From assembly GCA_002256395.1 (NCBI GenBank), contig NKJG01000002.1:209098-273097 (forward strand): a stretch of 64,000 nt of DNA, read 5' to 3'. This document shows positions 60,512-64,000 of the stretch, in pieces. How positions within the stretch are numbered: position 1 is the first letter of the stretch; each line of letters starts with the position of its first letter. A model generated the notes under the pieces. The model ran no database searches, was not told the DNA's origin, and saw only the letters and a program-made list of their open reading frames with translations. The stretch comes from Bacteroidetes bacterium B1(2017) (GTDB taxonomy: Bacteria; Bacteroidota; Bacteroidia; UKL13-3). A program made the translations under genes and the position numbers.

Positions 60512-63130
60512 ATGGCAGAAGATAGAATTATACAGATTAACATCGAAGATGAAATGAAAACCGCCTACATCGATTATTCGATGTCGGTTATTGTGAGCAG
60601 GGCCTTGCCTGATGTTCGTGATGGTTTAAAACCGGTTCACCGTAGAGTTTTATACGGTATGACAGAGTTAGGTTTAGCTTCAAACAGAGCTCACAAGAAG
60701 TCGGCTCGTATTGTTGGGGAAGTTTTGGGTAAGTATCACCCACATGGCGATTCATCCGTTTATGATACCATGGTGCGTATGGCCCAAGAATGGAATATGC
60801 GTTACATGTTGGTAGATGGTCAAGGAAATTTTGGTTCGGTTGATGGTGATCCACCTGCAGCAATGCGCTATACAGAAGCTCGCTTGCGTAAAATGGCTGA
60901 AGAACTATTGACTGATATTGATAAAAATACCGTTGATTTTCGTCCCAACTTTGATGATAGCTTAACAGAACCAACCGTTTTGCCATCAAAGGTTCCTAAT
61001 TTGTTAATGAACGGTGCTGCTGGTATTGCCGTAGGTATGGCAACCAATATGGCTCCTCATAATTTATCAGAGTGTGTAGATGGAATTCAGGCATACATTG
61101 ATAACAGAGACATTACCATTCCTGAATTAATGAAATTTATTAAGGCTCCTGATTTTCCTACAGGTGGAACAATATATGGATATGAAGGAGTGAAGAATGC
61201 ATTTGAAACAGGTAGAGGACGAATTGTTATGCGTGCTAAAGCCGGTTTTGAAACAACAAAAACGGGTAAAGACCAAATTGTTGTAAATGAAATTCCGTAT
61301 CAAGTAAACAAAGCAACCCTTATTAAGCAAATTGCTGATTTGGTTAATGAAAAGGTTATTGAAGGCATCAGCGATGTAAGAGATGAGAGTGATAGAGATG
61401 GTATGCGCATGGTGTTTGACTTAAAACGCGATGCTGTTCCAAATGTGGTATTGAATAAACTTTATAAGTTCTCTCAACTTCAAACATCCTTTAGTGTAAA
61501 CAATGTAGCTCTTGTAAAAGGTCGTCCTGAAACATTAAACCTTAAAGATTTAATTGTTCATTTTGTTGAGCACCGCCATGTTGTTATTGTTCGTAGAACT
61601 CAATTTGATTTAGAAGAAGCACAAAAACGTGCTCATATTTTAGAAGGTTTATTAATTGCCTTAGATCATTTAGATCAAGTAATTGCCTTAATTCGTTCAT
61701 CGCGTACTCCAGATGAAGCTAGAACTGGCTTAATGGAGAACTTTAAATTATCTGAAATTCAAGCCAAGGCCATTTTGGATATGCGTTTACAACGTTTAAC
61801 TGGACTTGAACGCGATAAAATTAAAGAAGAATACGCCCAAATAATGGAACTCATTGGCAGATTGCAAGAAATTCTATCAAACGAAAGCTTGCGTATGCAA
61901 ATTATTAAAGATGAGTTAGCCGAAATGAAAGATAAATACGGCGACGAACGCAGAAGCATTATCGAAATGGTTGGTAGCGAAATGAGTATGGAAGATCTAA
62001 TTCCAGATGAAGAAGTAGTAATTACTATTTCACATTTGGGTTATGTTAAACGTACGTCTTTAAACGAATACCGTACTCAAGCTCGCGGTGGTAGAGGAAG
62101 TAGAGGCGTAGCTAAACGTCAAGAAGACTTTGTAGAACATATCTTTATGGCTACAAATCATAACTACTTGTTGTTATTTACAGAACAAGGAAGATGTTTT
62201 TGGTTGCGTGTTTACGAAATTCCAGAAGGAGAAAAAACAAGTAAAGGTAGAGCTATCCAAAACTTGATAAATATTCCGGTTGAAGATAAAGTAAAAGCAT
62301 TCTTATGTGTGAAGACATTAAGCGATCCTGAATACTTAAATACCTATAATGTAATTATGGTAACTCAAAAAGGTACCATCAAGAAAACTACATTAGAAGC
62401 ATATAGCCGTCCAAGAGCAAATGGTATTAATTCTATGAATGTTCGTGAAGGGGATACTTTAGTGGAAGCTAAACTAACCAACGGAACGAGCGAGATTATT
62501 ATCGCAAGTAGGGAAGGTAAAGCCATTCGTTTTAATGAAAGTGGTGTTCGCCCAATGGGTAGAAATGCTACTGGGGTTAGAGCAATTCGCTTAGCAGATG
62601 GAGATGAGGTAATTGGTATGGTTTCTATTGCCGACCCTAAAGAATCCAATGTGTTGGTGGTGAGCGAAAATGGTATGGGTAAACGTACAGAGGTAGAAGC
62701 TTACAGAATTACCAAACGTGGTGGTAAAGGTGTAATGGCTATGAATGTTACCGAAAAAACGGGTAAGCTAGTTTCTATTAAGGATGTAGATGATACAAAT
62801 GATATCATGATTATTAATAAGAGCGGTATTACCATTAGATTAAGTGTAAGCTCGTTAAGAGTGTTGGGTAGAGTTACCCAAGGTGTACGTTTAATTAATA
62901 TTGGTGGTAAAGACGAAATAGCAAGCGTAGCAAAAATCAATTATATTCCTGGAGAAGAAGAAGGTGAAAATGATGGGGAAGTGGAAGAAGGAGAAATTGT
63001 AGAAGGATTTGAAGTTATTGCTGGAACAGATAAAGATATAGAGGAAGTTGGACCAGAAATAATAGAGGAGGATATTGAAGAGGAAGAAGATGAGGATGAA
63101 GGTGAGGATGAAACTCCACCGACAGAATAA
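60512..63130 (+). CDS. gyrA: DNA gyrase subunit A with an extended acidic C-terminal tail
   Basis: 872 aa. The N-terminus closely matches GyrA (..[32 protein letters not shown].., ..[25 protein letters not shown]..), better than ParC. GyrA-box-like repeats follow, and the protein ends in a ~60-aa Glu/Asp-rich tail. Confidence 0.9.
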   Translation: MAEDRIIQINIEDEMKTAYIDYSMSVIVSRALPDVRDGLKPVHRRVLYGMTELGLASNRAHKKSARIVGEVLGKYHPHGDSSVYDTMVRMAQEWNMRYMLVDGQGNFGSVDGDPPAAMRYTEARLRKMAEELLTDIDKNTVDFRPNFDDSLTEPTVLPSKVPNLLMNGAAGIAVGMATNMAPHNLSECVDGIQAYIDNRDITIPELMKFIKAPDFPTGGTIYGYEGVKNAFETGRGRIVMRAKAGFETTKTGKDQIVVNEIPYQVNKATLIKQIADLVNEKVIEGISDVRDESDRDGMRMVFDLKRDAVPNVVLNKLYKFSQLQTSFSVNNVALVKGRPETLNLKDLIVHFVEHRHVVIVRRTQFDLEEAQKRAHILEGLLIALDHLDQVIALIRSSRTPDEARTGLMENFKLSEIQAKAILDMRLQRLTGLERDKIKEEYAQIMELIGRLQEILSNESLRMQIIKDELAEMKDKYGDERRSIIEMVGSEMSMEDLIPDEEVVITISHLGYVKRTSLNEYRTQARGGRGSRGVAKRQEDFVEHIFMATNHNYLLLFTEQGRCFWLRVYEIPEGEKTSKGRAIQNLINIPVEDKVKAFLCVKTLSDPEYLNTYNVIMVTQKGTIKKTTLEAYSRPRANGINSMNVREGDTLVEAKLTNGTSEIIIASREGKAIRFNESGVRPMGRNATGVRAIRLADGDEVIGMVSIADPKESNVLVVSENGMGKRTEVEAYRITKRGGKGVMAMNVTEKTGKLVSIKDVDDTNDIMIINKSGITIRLSVSSLRVLGRVTQGVRLINIGGKDEIASVAKINYIPGEEEGENDGEVEEGEIVEGFEVIAGTDKDIEEVGPEIIEEDIEEEEDEDEGEDETPPTE

Positions 63131-63145
63131 GTAGAGTTCAAATTA

Positions 63146-63183
63146 AAAAGCGCTTCAAATGAAAATTTGAGGCGCTTTTTTTT
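63146..63183 (+). terminator. Rho-independent terminator after gyrA
   Basis: Stem gcgcttcaaa/tttgaggcgc with one G-U pair, followed by TTTTTTTT. Confidence 0.6.
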
Positions 63184-63247
63184 ACGCCTACTTTAAAACT
63201 TGTAATGTATCTTTGGCTACTAATTTTTTGAATTGGCTTAAGTTCAT

Positions 63248-64000
63248 TATGTATAAAAAAGGTCTACTTATTTTCGGTCTGATCCAATTGTTGGTCTCAA
63301 ATTATGCGCTGTCGCAATACTCGCCGCAAGTTGGTATAACTGGTTGTGCGGCAATTCATGCGGATAGTTCTATTATTAAAGATTGGGCTTCTTTTGTAGT
63401 AGAAAAAAAATTAGGATTCAAAAATTGTGCAGATACAAGTTTAGGTTTTGCTTCTTCTGGATTAGATTCCTTCGCAACCCAAAAAGCCGACCGATTAACC
63501 TATAGTTTAGGAGATGGTGGCTCAATTACACTCCTTTTTCCAGGTGGTATTTATAATGGCATAGGGCCAGATTTTGTTGTTTTCGAAAATGGATTTTCAT
63601 TTGGCTCCGATTCTAACTTTTTAGAATTAGCATTCGTAGAAGTTAGTAGCGATGGAAAGAATTTCTATAGGTTCCCTGCACATAGTTTAACTGATACCAA
63701 TAGCCAGGTAGGTCCATTTGGAAGCTTAAATGCCAGTAAAATAAACAACTTGGCCGGAAAATATGTTGGCGCTTATGGAACTCCATTCGACTTAGAAGAC
63801 CTTAATCTTAATTTGAATGAGATAGGATATATTCGTATTGTGGATGTAGTTGGAAGTGTTAATCCTGCTTTTGGATCGAGAGATTCTATTGGAAATTTAA
63901 TCAACGATCCTTGGCCTACTCCTTACCCTTCATCAGGATTTGATATAGATGCCGTTGGAGTAATTCACACTTATAGGTTGGAAGGCATTCAAGAATTTTC
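63248..64000 (+). CDS. Hypothetical secreted protein, partial (continues past the window end)
   Basis: ATG at 63248 gives a signal peptide MYKKGLLIFGLIQLLVSNYALSQ. The frame is open to the window end. It is not in the ORF track because no stop lies in the window. Confidence 0.4.

Noticed and set aside
62941-63141. Minus-strand Ser-rich 66-aa ORF ([22 protein letters not shown]...)
   Set aside because: It is antisense to the GAA/GAG-rich acidic tail of gyrA. Poly-Ser arises simply from TTC/CTC reading of the opposite strand.
1-64000. CRISPR arrays, IS elements/transposases, integrases, phage genes, restriction-modification or toxin-antitoxin pairs
   Set aside because: I looked for regularly spaced direct repeats and for transposase-, integrase- or nuclease-like ORFs and found none. 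The only tandem repeats are coding ones: the TSP3 repeats in the OmpA gene and the modules in the giant surface protein.

Overview
This window is almost certainly low-GC (~35-38%) Bacteroidota chromosome (Flavobacteriia/Sphingobacteriia-like). The evidence is three T9SS/Por-type C-terminal sorting signals, a TonB-dependent receptor with a CarbopepD domain followed by a DUF4249 lipoprotein, and an OmpA protein with thrombospondin-type-3 repeats. Most of the window is housekeeping and envelope genes: sucC, trpS, recQ, gyrA, a parE-like topoisomerase IV B, ftsE, fdhD, tsaC, tRNA-Leu(GAG), an arginine decarboxylase/agmatinase pair, M1, M13, M20 and M48 peptidases, and several glycosyltransferases. 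The window starts inside a giant (>1970 aa) Ser/Thr-rich T9SS-secreted surface protein encoded on the minus strand. I found no mobile elements or CRISPR arrays. The locus most likely to be undescribed is a tight seven-gene plus-strand operon at 7542-14816. It encodes a PqqD-like (RRE) small protein that is translationally coupled to a CPSase-type ATP-grasp ligase. These are followed by a fold-III PLP decarboxylase of the Orn/DAP/Arg family and an inner-membrane fusion of a urea-transporter-like domain with an M23 peptidase. The operon ends with a predicted TPR+beta-barrel outer-membrane protein, a periplasmic TPR protein and a small SRPBCC protein. No RiPP precursor is visible. The layout looks like a cytoplasmic synthesis, inner-membrane and outer-membrane export module, comparable to synthase-dependent exopolymer or peptide secretion. 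Other points worth a second look are an XRE-family regulator preceded by three phased TACAWWTGTA operator-like repeats, an ATPase-less PAS-DHp-REC signalling protein, and a palindrome upstream of gyrA.
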